A stretch of DNA of 46,177 nucleotides, from contig JAUCBJ010000149.1 of NCBI GenBank assembly GCA_032718475.1, positions 1 through 46,177 of the forward strand, given 5' to 3'. Numbering within the stretch: the first letter of the stretch is position 1; the number at the start of each line of letters is the position of its first letter. Positions 1 through 12,083 of the stretch are shown here, in pieces. The DNA is from Nemertoderma westbladi. Lineage: Eukaryota; Animalia; Xenacoelomorpha. A program made the position numbers and the translations under genes. The notes under the pieces were generated by a model. The model saw only the letters and a program-made list of their open reading frames with translations, did not search any database and had not been told where the DNA came from.

Positions 1-391
1 CAAGAGGACGACATCGAAGTCGCAAATCCGGATGACTCGGGGCACGGTTTCCCTTGCTAGAGAACCACGCTGAGGGACAGGATACGCTTTGACTGAACCC
101 ATTAGGATTCAAACGACGTCAGAGAGCGAGGTGTCAACGGACGGAACAGTCCTACCCTTTCGACTTCCTCCTAGCGTTGTAGAAACTCGATCCGATGTTA
201 AGTCGACAGTTGGAATCGGATGAGGATTTAGAGGATTAAGCGCACGACGGATGTGCGAAACTCCCATCGTCCCCTTTCCTAGCGTTTTGGAACCACCGAC
301 AACTCGACGCCGAAGTCCGAGCCCAGTTCGACCTCGACCACCACCCAATCGCACTAGAGGACGTGGACGAGCCCGCTCAGCGAAGGAATAG
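1..391 (+). pseudogene. C-terminal part of the retrotransposon accessory ORF (ORF3), paralogous to 16441-16803
   Basis: Frame 2 reads IRMTRGTVSLAREPR, GIG*GF and RGRGRARSAKE*. These match IRITRDTVSLPREPQ, GIGRGF and RGRGRARSAKR* at 16441-16803. Internal TGA stops are present. Confidence 0.85.
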
Positions 392-424
392 AAAGCGAGT
401 GGAAGGAAGGCTTGCGAGCCTACC

Positions 425-505
425 GATTTGGATATTATATTTGGATATTATATTTGGATATTATATTTGGATATTTTATTTGGATATTTATATTGGACAT
501 TATGT
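425..505 (+). repeat. 13-bp tandem repeat (TTTGGATATTATA)
   Basis: About 5-6 degenerate copies immediately after the hairpin motif at 405-424. Confidence 0.85.
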
Positions 506-1180
506 TTGAATGTTGGGTTTGGAGGAGCGAGATATGGAAAGGAAGGCTTGCGAGCCTACCGTTAGCAATTGGTGCTCAGGAGAAGATATCCAGACCAGCA
601 GGACGAACTTTTCAGATCGTCAGGAGGACATTATTGAAAGTTATTAGCGCATTATGTTTATATTATATTTGGACTGATTTAATTTGGTGAAGGTTTATTA
701 TGTATATTTACAATATATAAAGATTTATCGAAAGAGTTTGATTTATTTGTTTGATTTATTTGTTTGATTTATTTGATTTATTTGTTCTGATTTGTTTAAT
801 TTGTTTATCTTGATAACTGAAAGCCTTTTTTTTGTATTTTAGGCACTAAAGTTAATTCGTAAATTTGTATTTGTATGTACGATCGATTGTATTTACGCCG
901 TATCTGCAATATTAAGTATGCAATAATTAGATAGTGATTATATTTTATATTTTAGGCCCTACCAGTAAATTTAGAAATAGTTTGTAAATATTTTATATTT
1001 CGATTGGTGAAAACAGTCTTACTTACTGTTTTCATGGAGCGGTGATGAATTATTTCACTATAAGATAGCATTTGTAGTTTAACTTTAACGTAAAAACTTT
1101 CGAAAATCCGACGTATTTTGATTGAGTTACAGTAATGTAATATGCCTATTCATATTTGTACACATAAAACCCTTAGGTAC

Positions 1181-1255
1181 TCTCGTGGCGTAGTGGTCAG
1201 ATGGTTAAGGCGTTGGTTACATTACATAGGTTACGAGTTCGAATCCCAGTCGGGA
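1181..1255 (+). promoter_or_regulatory. tRNA-like Pol III A-box/B-box element inside the LTR (copy 1)
   Basis: A box TGGCGTAGTGG (1186-1196) and B box GAGTTCGAATCC (1235-1246). TCTCG/CGGGA gives acceptor-like pairing, but there is no clean cloverleaf. Confidence 0.7.
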
Positions 1256-1327
1256 AATTTGTATTTTGGGGCCATTTATTTTCGTGTGGTGCTAATTGGT
1301 AGGCCAATGAGAAGCGTACAGCGTAGC

Positions 1328-1555
1328 GAATGATGAGCCAGGCCTAATCATAGGGCATAAGTTATCTTATTGCTCAAATGTGAGGCAGTGGAAAATTCTG
1401 TTAGGATTCCATGTCCCAGATTAGTGTAAGGGCCGGACTGCGTTGAACGATGAGCTGGGCCAATCATAGGGCACGAAGCACTTCATTGCTCAATTGTGAA
1501 GCTGTGGAAAATTCTGTTTAGTTTCCATGTGCAATTTCTAGTATAAAAAGGCCGG
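1328..1555 (+). repeat. Degenerate ~117-bp tandem duplication upstream of the TATA box (enhancer-like U3 repeat)
   Basis: GATGAGC..AATCATAGGGCA..ATTGCTCAA..TGTGA..GTGGAAAATTCTGTT..TTCCATGT occurs twice, from 1328 and 1445. Confidence 0.8.
1542..1549 (+). promoter_or_regulatory. LTR TATA box (homolog at 18177-18183)
   Basis: TATAAAAAGGCCGGTTTG here vs TATAAAAGGTGCGGTTTG in the other copy; CCAAT motifs lie upstream in both. Confidence 0.6.
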
Positions 1556-3603
1556 TTTGCCTTCGGTTATCACCTTCACTTACTTCCACTCTTGCAAATT
1601 CCTAAATTGTTATTAGTTTATTTCGGTTTCTTGTTGAAACTTTATTTGATAAATCCTTTTGTAAAACTGTAAATATACTGCAAATTCCTGACATGTTTTC
1701 TTTTGGTCCAACTTTGGGACAGCCGAACATCAGGGAGATGGCAGCCTAGATCGTTAGGCCGTAAGCAACGCAGGGAAGGGATGTCCACAACACGCTAGCG
1801 CCCACATTTGGATTGACCGCGCACCCCCTTTGCCCCTTCGAAATACTCCACTTGCTATGCAGCGCCCGCTTTGTGAGAAGGTAAGACTTTGTTCGACGCC
1901 CTTGCCCGCCGTAAGACCTATAGATCAGGGTAAGCGTGACGCCGTACTGGACGCCGCAAATTTAGGATCAAATAATTATATCCAGACAACACCCCCCCTT
2001 TGTCAAGTCCTACGAATCCCTGGGTTAACCTGTACTTCCTACAGGTGCGAACTATTGCCATTCGTCAGTACGCGAGTACATATTAGGTACGGACAGCATA
2101 TGTTCCATAATTTAGTGATTCATAGCACTGACTGTTTGGTACCGGTTCGCTTTGTAGAACGTACATTAGTACCCCCCCCCCCCCCCCCTGTCTGGAGTTA
2201 GCTATTTGATCAGGCAAGGAGTATTTCTGCTACCGGCACACTGCTTGGCCTAGGGAGGTTTATTAATATCCTACCGCGCCTTGCCACGTACTGATAGGTA
2301 TTGCTGCTAACTACCGCAGCAACAAAGTTCTAGAATTAAATTAGTATACCAGATCAGCTAACGTACGGTAGCGATTAACCCCTATTCTTATCTTACAACC
2401 AGAATCTGGTATTAGTGCCGATCACGGGTGTAGTTACTAACACTGTGGTTGCCCATTGGGTTGTGGATAGGAAGGAGAGAGCTTTGACGTCATTCGTGAG
2501 TATAAAGTTCTACAAACGTGACTAGTTTATTTTAGTAGCTAGCGCACGGTATCATTTAGTCAGAAAATCACTAAAACCTAGTAAAAGGAATTACACGAAA
2601 TTGTTTTATTTGTAACACACCCACACACACACGCCCTAAAACATATTGCCCTTAAAGTTCTACTAGCTATAGCGCACTATACATTACTTTAGGTGGAAAT
2701 TGTCTGTATTTGTAAAATTAGGATCTGATTTAGTTGCGGCGATAAGGAGTATTTCACTTTCGTTATTAAACTGTTGATTTCTATCCAGCAGTTATTGTTA
2801 CATTTAGGCTTGACCCTTTAGACTGATTTCGTACAGGGGGATCAGTTATTGTTACATTTAGGCACGACCCCTTTTCGACTGATTTAGGACTGTCAGTGTT
2901 GTTACGCTAGGTCTGTTAACCCACTAGCTCGTATATAAACCATATAAATCACACCGCGGCAAGTTACTGTATTTAGGACTGTCAGTGATAGTTAGGATTC
3001 GCTGCGCGGGGATTGTTTTCCCGTGAGTTTGGTCTGTTACTGTACCTGTACATCTGCCTCACCGGTTAGAGGACAGGTATCCTTCTGTCTAGTACGTAGG
3101 CATTCGACCCGCTCACGTACATAGAATAGATACAAGGCTCTGTTCCTCGCCAGTAGTCGTTTGTGTACTGTATCTGTTTGTTTAGATATCCTGGACTGGG
3201 ATTTGTTGTCAGATACTGTACGAGCCCGTATACATTACTAGAGTCTCATAGTAAGATACATCGTTACTAGGATCTGGTAAGCGGTATACTACTGGACCCT
3301 TACAGTACGATTTCTTTGTTTATTGCTGAATTAGTCCATATTATTGTATTTGATTTACCTTTTGATAACGTATATCATTATCTGATTTATTTGTTGTAAA
3401 ATTGGCCGCTAGGCTAATTTTATTATATACTTACTCCGTGACATTTATTTGCTGTAAAATTGGCCGCTAGGCTAATTTTATCCATCTGCTATAAAATCGG
3501 CAGGTAGGCTAATTTTATATGACTGTAATTAATACCGTTTAGATATAAAATACGGTAAGTTTGATACTTTGACACTCACTTTACTTGACTTACAACTACC
3601 GAA

Positions 3604-6600
3604 ATGAGTGACAAACAAGACTATACGAAGAATACACAAACTGACTATGACTCATATGACGCGGATAAGTCAGAAGCGGAAGAACCACAGGGGAAGACTC
3701 GTGAGCCACCGAACCTACACCGTGCGCGTCACCAGTACATCCAACGGGAGTACCGGATGCCGTAGTACGAGGCGACGGCAGGACTGAGGACTTTCTAACG
3801 GTCCCGCAACCTAGACACAGGGAAACGGACATGGTAAGTTCAGTAGGAAGCCAGGAGAGCATTGTTAGAAGTGTCGGAGGATACATGGCGCATATTACCA
3901 GGAGTATTGGAGAAGGCCAACGCATATTAGATGAGTTGACCACTCCGATGTCTCGGTTCGAGTTCTACACCCTACAGGTTAGAGTACAGAGTAAAGTACA
4001 TAAGTCTGTAGATAATCTAATTGGTCTACAAGATCTAGCTAGACAGAGACAGGATATGGACACACAGTTTAGAATCCTCGAGAAGTTAATGATCGCTAGG
4101 GAGAAACTGATTCAGTTTCAGACGACCGTTAGACAGATACAACAGGAACAAGCGGACCAGTTATTAGGTGAGTCGGTTTCCGACGAGTTATTACAGCCCG
4201 AGGAAGAACAGGAACTGTACCGACTGGATGGACAATTGAAACATCTGACGGATCACTTACGTATGTGCGGCGAAGACGTCGGCGATTTGGAAACCGTGCC
4301 GGAATATACGAGGGAAACTTCACCCGTACAAATCAAACCGGCACCGGGAATACTGGACCAATCATTAGTGAGTATTCGCAGCGAAATTGGCGAGGTAAGT
4401 ATAGTGACGTCAGAAATTGCTCAACAGCAACAACAGTACTACAGACAACAACGAGAAATTGAGGAACAAACTCAACTGCTGACGGTACAAGCGGCAGTAG
4501 AGGAAGAGAAACTACGCGTCGCAAATGTTGCGAGAATCTCTCATCTACAAGAAGCAGCCGAATTAGAAGCAGCTGAGATGGAAAGGTTAGAGCTAGAAAT
4601 AGCACAGCGAACAGCGGCAGCTGAGTTAGCGCAACGAGCAGCAACAGCTGAGTTAGAATGACAAGCTGAGTTGGCGCGACGAACGGCTGAGTTGGAGCAA
4701 CAAGCGGCAACAGCCGAATTGGACGAACAAAGGCGAGTTTCGGAAGCCCGAGCCGAGTTGAAAAAACGACAGATAAAGGCTCAATCAGCTATACGACTAG
4801 CGGAGTTCGAGGCGCAACAACAACAGACGGAACAACGCGAGAAGGAAGTTAAACTTCATTTCGAACTCGAGAAGAAGGCGAGGGAATTAGCCAACGCTAA
4901 GGAAGATCTGGATCTTCAAGCCCGCAATCGATCGATGAGATCTCGAGACGGACACGATCTAGACCGGTTAGAGGTAAGACATCGTCAAATTCAGGAACGA
5001 ATGAAGGAAGGAAGCGTAGGAGCACCTGAGCAAGAACGGGAATTGGTTAAAGACTTATGTCAACGATTTCCGCAAGTAACTCCGATGTTCGCACCAATTA
5101 CGAATAAAGGACCTGTTTCGGTTGCGGGTAGTGGCAGTATATCTCCTATACACGATGCGACGGAACACAGGTATGTTATTCCGGACAAGTTTGTACCGCC
5201 AAGAGCAATGTCATCGCCTATTCCGAGAGTCAAGGTAAGTAACCCGCCGATTACAGATCGTAGTAGTTTATTAGTCGGACCTACATTAATGACGACTAAA
5301 CAGGTGAGTCAACCTTCGACACCAAAACCTGTGACACTCTACGCAAACCCAATCGTATTCAGGCCTTCAAGGCCGTTAGACTCAGGCGCCATACGACCAC
5401 AAATTCAGTTTACATCGCAATCTACGACTTCGAGGAAGACCTGTGAGCCTACCGAACAACGGAGACCAGTGGATAAACGACCGCTTAACCAGTTTACATC
5501 GCAATCTACGACTTCGAGGAAGACCTGCAAGACAACCAAACAACGGAGACCAGTGGATACGCGACCGCTTAACCAGTTTACATCGCAATCTACGACTTCG
5601 AGGAAGACCTGCGAGCCTACCGAACAACGGAGAGCAGTGGATACGCGACCACTTAACCAGTTTACATCGCAATCTACGACTTCGAGGAAGACCTGCGAGC
5701 CTACCGAACGACGGAAACCAGTAGATGATGTTTCGAAACGGAATTTTAGAATTCGGACAACCCAACGGACGCGAGCACGTCAGCCACCGTATCCAGGTGA
5801 TAGTAGTACTTCGAGTGAATCGGATTACCCGGAACGCGAAGTGTTTAGAACAGGAGTGGCCGATGAATACAAACGCGAGCGTTCAGACAATTCCTTTATA
5901 GACAATCCTCCACAAAATACACCAACACAGAAAGCATTACAACCAACGGACGCGATCAGTACGCAACAATTTGCCGACATTCTGCGACCAGTTGTTAACA
6001 AGTTGGCTCAGATCGAGGAACGCTTGGAGGAAGTTCAAACCGATAGTTCGAGAAACACCGAATTCGAACACAATAGAAACCCGAAGGAGCCGCAAAGAGT
6101 GCTACCTTCAAGAAACACCTCGTATCAAAGAAAAGCGCCAAGACGGGAGAACATCAACTCGATTGCCAACCAAGGACGCAAAACTTTAAATGTAGCCGAG
6201 GAGATAGCTAAATTCGCAGCCAGACAAGGACTACCGGTGCAACAACCACCTAAGTTTTCCGGTAACTCTAAACATTGGCACACGTTCGTAGACTACATCG
6301 AATCTCAAATTGCGGCGTGCGCTTTTACATCAAGGGAAAAGTTCAACTATCTGCTTCAAACCTTGACGGGAGAACCCAAACGCTTAGCGGAGACTTTCGT
6401 TGGTGTACCAGATGCCTTCGAGTTAGCGTACGATCGCTTAACTTCAATCTACGGAGGTACAGTCAGCATGGCCAAGTCAGTGATAGAGGAACTCTGTAAG
6501 GGGGGGCTATTACTAAACCCGTCGACTTACTAAAACTAGCTGACGAAATAAAAAACACTATCACTACATTAAGATCTATTGGACAACTCGATTACGGGAA

Positions 6601-7200
6601 CACCCCTACGGTCCTATTAAAAATCATAGGAAGACTCCACCATCGACTTCGTCGAGAGTGGAGGAAGATCGAATACCAGCGGGAAGAACGGGGTGGATTT
6701 TTGAAATTAGAGGATGTGTACCTATTAATATCCAGGGAAGCGGTGGTGGAGACCCGATCCAACTACACCGACCAACACATCGTAGCAGAAGGAATCACCT
6801 TACCATCCTCAAACCGACAAAAACCCCAGACAACATCCACCAAGACGGCCACTTACGCCACACCGACAGAAACCCGACAATATTCGGACGGTAGTAGAGT
6901 ATCCGCACCTATTGGGATCAAACAGACCAGACAGCAACTGAGTGCCGACTTTAGTGGTTGCCAATACTGCGAACAGTTAGGCAAGCGGCATACCAGTCAC
7001 AAGTTAAGAGGTTGTCGGCTGTTTCGCGAGTTAAACTCGGAAGAACGAAGACTACAGATACGGCCATTGGATTCCTGTTGGCGGTGTACTCAACATGGAC
7101 ACGTTCGAAAAGACTGCCCAAATACGGACACCTGTCCTTCCTGTGGACGCAACCATGACGGTTTGCTCCATACGGACAGCCATACGCCGACAAAACGCTT
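3604..7200 (+). pseudogene. gag: BEL/Pao Gag region (coiled coil, DUF1759-like capsid, three Cys/His knuckles), disrupted
   Basis: Capsid-like PPKFSGNSKHW...EKFNYLLQTLTGEPK, then knuckles CQYC..H..C, CWRCTQHGHVRKDC and CPSCGRNHDGLLH. Lesions: 1-nt deletion near 3708, TGA at 4659-4661, frameshift in the G-run near 6500. Confidence 0.9.
5406..5725 (+). repeat. 84-bp (28-aa) in-frame tandem repeat x4 in gag
   Basis: QFTSQSTTSRKTC occurs four times; the embedded motif starts at 5434, 5518, 5602 and 5686 (period 84). Confidence 0.95.
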
Positions 7201-10200
7201 CACTAGGGAACACCCAGAAGCAGCAGCGAAGTGCAACACTGCGTACAAGAATCGTGAATCGAGAACGACACCAATGTTCGTGATGCATATTCGGGATTGT
7301 TTCCCGGAGCAGTCTGGGTCTTCTGATGAGGAAACTGAGGACGACGACATATACTCAGATGGAGACGAACAACCATCGATTGCGCTTCTGACACCTGACC
7401 AACTAAAAGGATTCAGCGTAATTCCTATTAAGATTACTGGCACCAAAGGGAGCAAAAGGATCTACGCTATTCTAGATTCAGCCTCATCTCACAGCTATGT
7501 GGACGAGAAGGTAGCCGACGTCGTGACGGATCTCTGACAAGGTAAGAACGTCAAATACACTGTAAGTAGTATGCATGGCCAACGTGCAATACCAGTGACA
7601 CGAGTTAAGTTAAACTTAGACACTCTTCTTCCGAAATCGCAACATAGCGAAAAGGAGAGGTCTTTGTTACCCTTTAAGGATTTAACCTTTGCAGCCACAA
7701 AAGACTTTAGTAATTTACAGGGTCCAGTGCCGGAACAATCCTTAGAGGATCGTAAGTATTTCAGACACCTTGGTGTACCTGAATGTCCTGTTAACTATAG
7801 ATCAGTAGCAATGCTGATCGGGACAGATCAATTCAACTTACATCAAGTGTGGGAAACCAGACCATCGGTAGTCGTAGCAGGAAATGCATACGCCTGCAGA
7901 ACTCCGATAGGTTGGTATACTCGAGTGCCTGTGCGCACACTAGATATAAGCGATGAGGAAGACGATGTACAAAGTACATGTAGTTTATTAACTACAACTT
8001 CAACTCATTCCTTTTCACACGACAAGGACTATACTACACTACGCTCGACAAAACACAACAACGTTACAAGTACGACGTGTGTAGCGAGTACGATAAGTCA
8101 CAAAGAGCAGCCAATCCACCAGGTTAGTGTAAAGATTGAGAAGGAGCGGAGTCAGGCAGAGGTTCCATCAATGATAGATGATAATGCCGGAAGGCTTGTG
8201 AGTCTACCTCAACCAATAACTTTAACAACGCCCGTCGATGAAGACGCGTTAAGAAATCATCAAGTGGAACAAGCCGCACTAGACAAAGAATTAACAGATA
8301 AAACCATCAGGTGGTTGGAACAAGATACAGCAGAACCTGGTAGTTACGAACCATGTATGTCGGAACAAGAGAAACAATCTTTAAAGATCATGGAAGATAC
8401 TATCCGCCAGACGAAAGACGGACATTATGAGGTAGGGATGCTATGGCGTAACCAACGTCCTAAACTTACAAATAACTATCCGCTAGCCTTAAGACGTTTA
8501 CACTCAATACGACAACGTTTATTAAAGGACGAGAAAGCCCATCTGCAGTATAATACTCAGATGGAGACGTATTTGACAAAAGGATACGCTATCAGGATGA
8601 CAAACCCAGAGATTGTGACTGACCAGACATACTATTTGCCATATCACTACGTGAGACACCCCGATAAACCAGACAAAGTACGTGTAGTTAATGACTGCGC
8701 GGCTCTGTTTGAGGGAATGTCTCTCAATAGTGAGTTGATGGATGTACCAAACATGAATAATTATCTCATGGGGGTGATTATTCGCTTCCGTCAGCGCCAA
8801 GTAGCATTTACTTGCGACGTTGAAGCCATGTTTCACCAAGTGCGAGCGTTAGAGCGAGACAGAGACAGTTTGAGGTTCCTCTGGTACCCGGATGGAGACT
8901 TAAGTCAACCACCGGCGACTTACCAAATGCAAGTTCGCGTTTTCGGTGCCAGGGACAGCCCAAATTGTACTATGTATGCCCTGAAGCAAACCGCTAGGGA
9001 TCAGAAACATAAATATGACCCAGAGGTAATCCAAATCGTAGAACGAGATTTTTATGTAGACGATGGATTACAAAGTTGTGACACAGTAGAACGTGCTATA
9101 ACAGTAGCACATCAATTACGGGACTGTTTAGCAGGCGGAGGTTTTAACCTCACCAAGTTTGCCTCAAACAATGCCGAATTAGTAAATTCATTCGAAACGA
9201 CTGAACGTGGGGGTGGTGACATTGACTTAGAGTTTGAACCACTACCAACGACCAAGGTGTTGGGACTATTTTGGGACCCGAACACAGACAACTTTCGAGT
9301 GAAGGTAAGACTGGACGATCAAGGGGATTCTCTGACAAAGAGGTCTTGCTTGTCAAAGCTGAGTCGACTGTTCGACCCATTAGGTTTCATCAGCCCAATA
9401 ATACTGCAAGCAAGAATATATATGCGCAGTATCTGGAAAGATGGACTGACATGGGACGAACCGATCTCATCTGAACAAGTGGACTTATGGAAGACTTGGG
9501 AGGCGCAATTATCTTCGCTAGAGGATTATTCCATACCCCGGGTGTACTTTCCATTACAGACGACATTTCCTGACAACTTAGAATTACATTGTTTTTCCGA
9601 CGCCAGTGACAACGGCTTTGGTGTGACAGCGTATTTGCGCAGACAAGTAGACTCAGATGAGTTTGATGTATCGCTCATTACTTCTAAGGCTAAAACAATG
9701 CCTACTAAGTATATGACGACACCACGCGCTGAGCTACAAGCCGCAACTCTGTCAACAACAATTGTAAACCTCATACAGACTGAACTACAGTCAAGTTTAC
9801 AGATATTTTATTGGACTGACGCGACGTTAGTTTTATTTTATATAAACAACGACACACTTGAATTCAAGACATTCGTAGCTAACCGTCGTGCAGAAATTCT
9901 AGACCGTTCAATAAAGGAAGATTGGCGACATTGTCCCGGACCACAAAATCCAGCTGATATTGCGTCACGAGGAATGATGCCTGAGGAATTCTGTAAACCG
10001 GAAAACAAGGAATTTTGGCAACACGGACCGCAATTCTTACAAAGAGCAACACAACATTGGCCGCCACTATACGATAACAAGTCTAATACTATTCCTAAGG
10101 ACGCCGAAATTAAAAAACCAAAGAAAGGTAAAGCAAAGAAAAAGACAACGGCGAAACTTAAGAAGAAACCAAAGGCGAAATGGAAAAATATAACTCACAA

Positions 10201-12083
10201 AGTTAAGGCAGGAAGACTTGCGAGCCTTTCTCAACCAGACGTATCGCCAGACGGTCAACCAGACATGTTACCAGACGTATCACCAGACGGTCAACCAGAC
10301 ATGTTACCAGATGTATCGCCAGACGGTCAACCAGACATGTTACAAGACGTTTCGCCAGACGGTCAACCAGACATGTTACCAGACGTATCGCCAGACGGTC
10401 AACCAGACATGTTACCAGACGTATCGCCAGACGCTAAACTAGACACGTTACCAGACGCTAAACTAGACACGTTACCAGACGCTAAACCAGACACGTTACC
10501 AGACGGTCAACTGGACATTTTGCCAGACATGTCACTAGACGTTTCGCCGGATGTTCCGCGAAACATTTTACCAGACATTTCACAAGATGTTCTACCAGAC
10601 ATTAGTAACGTAGCGACACATAGTAAAGCCGCAGTTTCCCTATTGGAGCGGCCTTCTATTGACAAACTACCAAATTTGACATCCTTGAGTAACCATAAGT
10701 ACAGTGAAACCTCATGTATTACAGATGTGGGTAGTACCTACGCAAATGTAAATGCAGGTGTTACTTTACGCTCAAGAGACATACCAAACTTACAACCTAC
10801 GGTGAGACCTGGGATTAATATCGGCAGAAAAATAAGTTTACCGAAACCCAGTGATCCCATAGAGTTAAAACCACCATTAGGGATCGACTTACAAGATACT
10901 GACAATCAAGGTAAGAAGACGAAGAAGGACAAATTACTTGTAGACCCGGACGGATCAACAGTCAACAAGGGAATACTTACCGGCGGACTCGTGGGCCCAT
11001 CTAGTAAAACAAAACCTTCCAAATTCTCCATTGACTTACCTGATGACGTCATAAATACTTACGTCGACCGCATTGTAAACCTGACAGATTCTTGGACCAA
11101 CGCGTGCCGAAAATTAGCGTGGATTGTACGTTTTGTACAATACGTTAAAGGCAAACGCAACTTTACACGTCGACTTACATTGACTGAGATTGACAGATGT
11201 GAAATTAAATTAATTCGCCATTACCAATTGCGATATTTCGCACGCGAATTCACATCTATAAGTCAAGGTCAACCAATCAAGTCGTCACCAATATTGAGTT
11301 GGAGTCCGATAATTTATAATGGCTTAATTTGTCATAAATCTCGGCTTCAAAACATTGACTTTAATACTGATTTTTAGATACCCGATAATAATACCGCAAC
11401 ATCACGAATTACAACGTGCAATGATACTGGACGCACACTTACATCTTAAACACGCTGGAAGACACCACTGTCTTTCCTACTTACGTACAAGATTTGTATT
11501 AATTAGACCCAGTAAAGCGCTAAGTTCAGTGACGCGCATGTGTATTATTTGTAAGAAGGTACATTCTAGAATAAGTACCCAAGAAATGAGTGAACTTCCA
11601 CAAGCACGACTACAGGCATTCAGACCACCTTTCACAGAGACTGGAATTGACTGCTTTGGTCCCATACATACGAAACGTGGACGTATACTAGTAAAACGCT
11701 GGGGACTGATTTTCACATGCATGTCCAGTAGGGCAGTTCATATTGAACGTGTGATGGATCTTTCCACCAACGCCTTTATACTAGCATTGCGGCGATTTAT
11801 CGCTAGACGCGGACTAGTAAAATGCTTGTACTCAGACCAAGGTACAAACTTCGTTGGTGCTCGAAATGAAATTGCTAGAGCCTTTAAGAAATTAGATCAT
11901 GATCAAATCTCAAACGAACTACATCCTTACAAGATTGTTTGGAAGTTTAATCCTCCAGACAGTCCATGGAGAGGCGGAGTCTGGGAGAGATTGATTAGAT
12001 CTATAAAAACAGCCATGGCGAAAGTAATTCCAGTAAACCACATTTTGACAGACGACCAACTGACAACATTGTTTGTTGAAATC
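7201..12083 (+). pseudogene. pol: BEL/Pao Pol: aspartic protease, reverse transcriptase, RNase H (Peptidase_A17 region) and integrase zinc finger plus core
   Basis: AILDSAS (protease); KVRVVNDCAA and FYVDD (RT); LHCFSDAS, PRAELQAA, YWTD and NPADIASRG (RNase H); H..H..CIIC, GIDCFGP, SDQGTNF and WERLIRSIK (integrase). TGA at 7535-7537, frameshift near 11375, cut at 12084. Confidence 0.95.
10231..10610 (+). repeat. 36-bp/12-bp CCAGAC-based in-frame minisatellite in the RNase H-integrase linker
   Basis: SPDGQPDMLPDV repeated about 5-6 times, then decaying xPD units. Confidence 0.95.

Larger units (their letters stand above)
1043..2514 (+). mobile_element. Inner LTR-like unit, copy 1 (TGATGAA...TTCTACA)
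   Basis: Preceded by PPT-like GGAGCGG (1036-1042). It has TG...CA ends with an imperfect terminal inverted repeat, a TATA box at 1542, and a homolog at 17758-19129. Confidence 0.6.
1..3594 (+). mobile_element. 3' part of a putative giant 5' LTR (or upstream tandem unit) of the BEL/Pao element
   Basis: Blocks are colinear with 16440-19570: ORF3 end, hairpin motifs, hairpin+GGAGCGG, A/B boxes, TATA, TCATTCGTGAGTAT and AACCATATAAATCACACCGCGGCAA. It ends GACTTACA at 3594, 9 nt before the gag ATG. Confidence 0.6.

Noticed and set aside
1328-1480. Hammerhead ribozymes at TGATGAG / CGATGAG...CGAAG
   Set aside because: There is no intact CTGANGA plus GAAA core or supporting stems; the U3-like tandem duplication explains the pattern.
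1703-1725. TGGTCC... as a primer-binding site
   Set aside because: It is not directly preceded by CA, it is not conserved in the second copy, and homology continues well past it.
2790-3000. Dicistrovirus IGR-IRES-like ATTTAGG motifs
   Set aside because: They are part of a local ~54-bp duplication, are not kept in the second copy, and no pseudoknots were identified.
9489-9504. Thirteenth copy of the hairpin motif (GGAAGACTTGGGAGGC)
   Set aside because: The 3' half cannot pair and it lies in constrained coding sequence (WKTWE).
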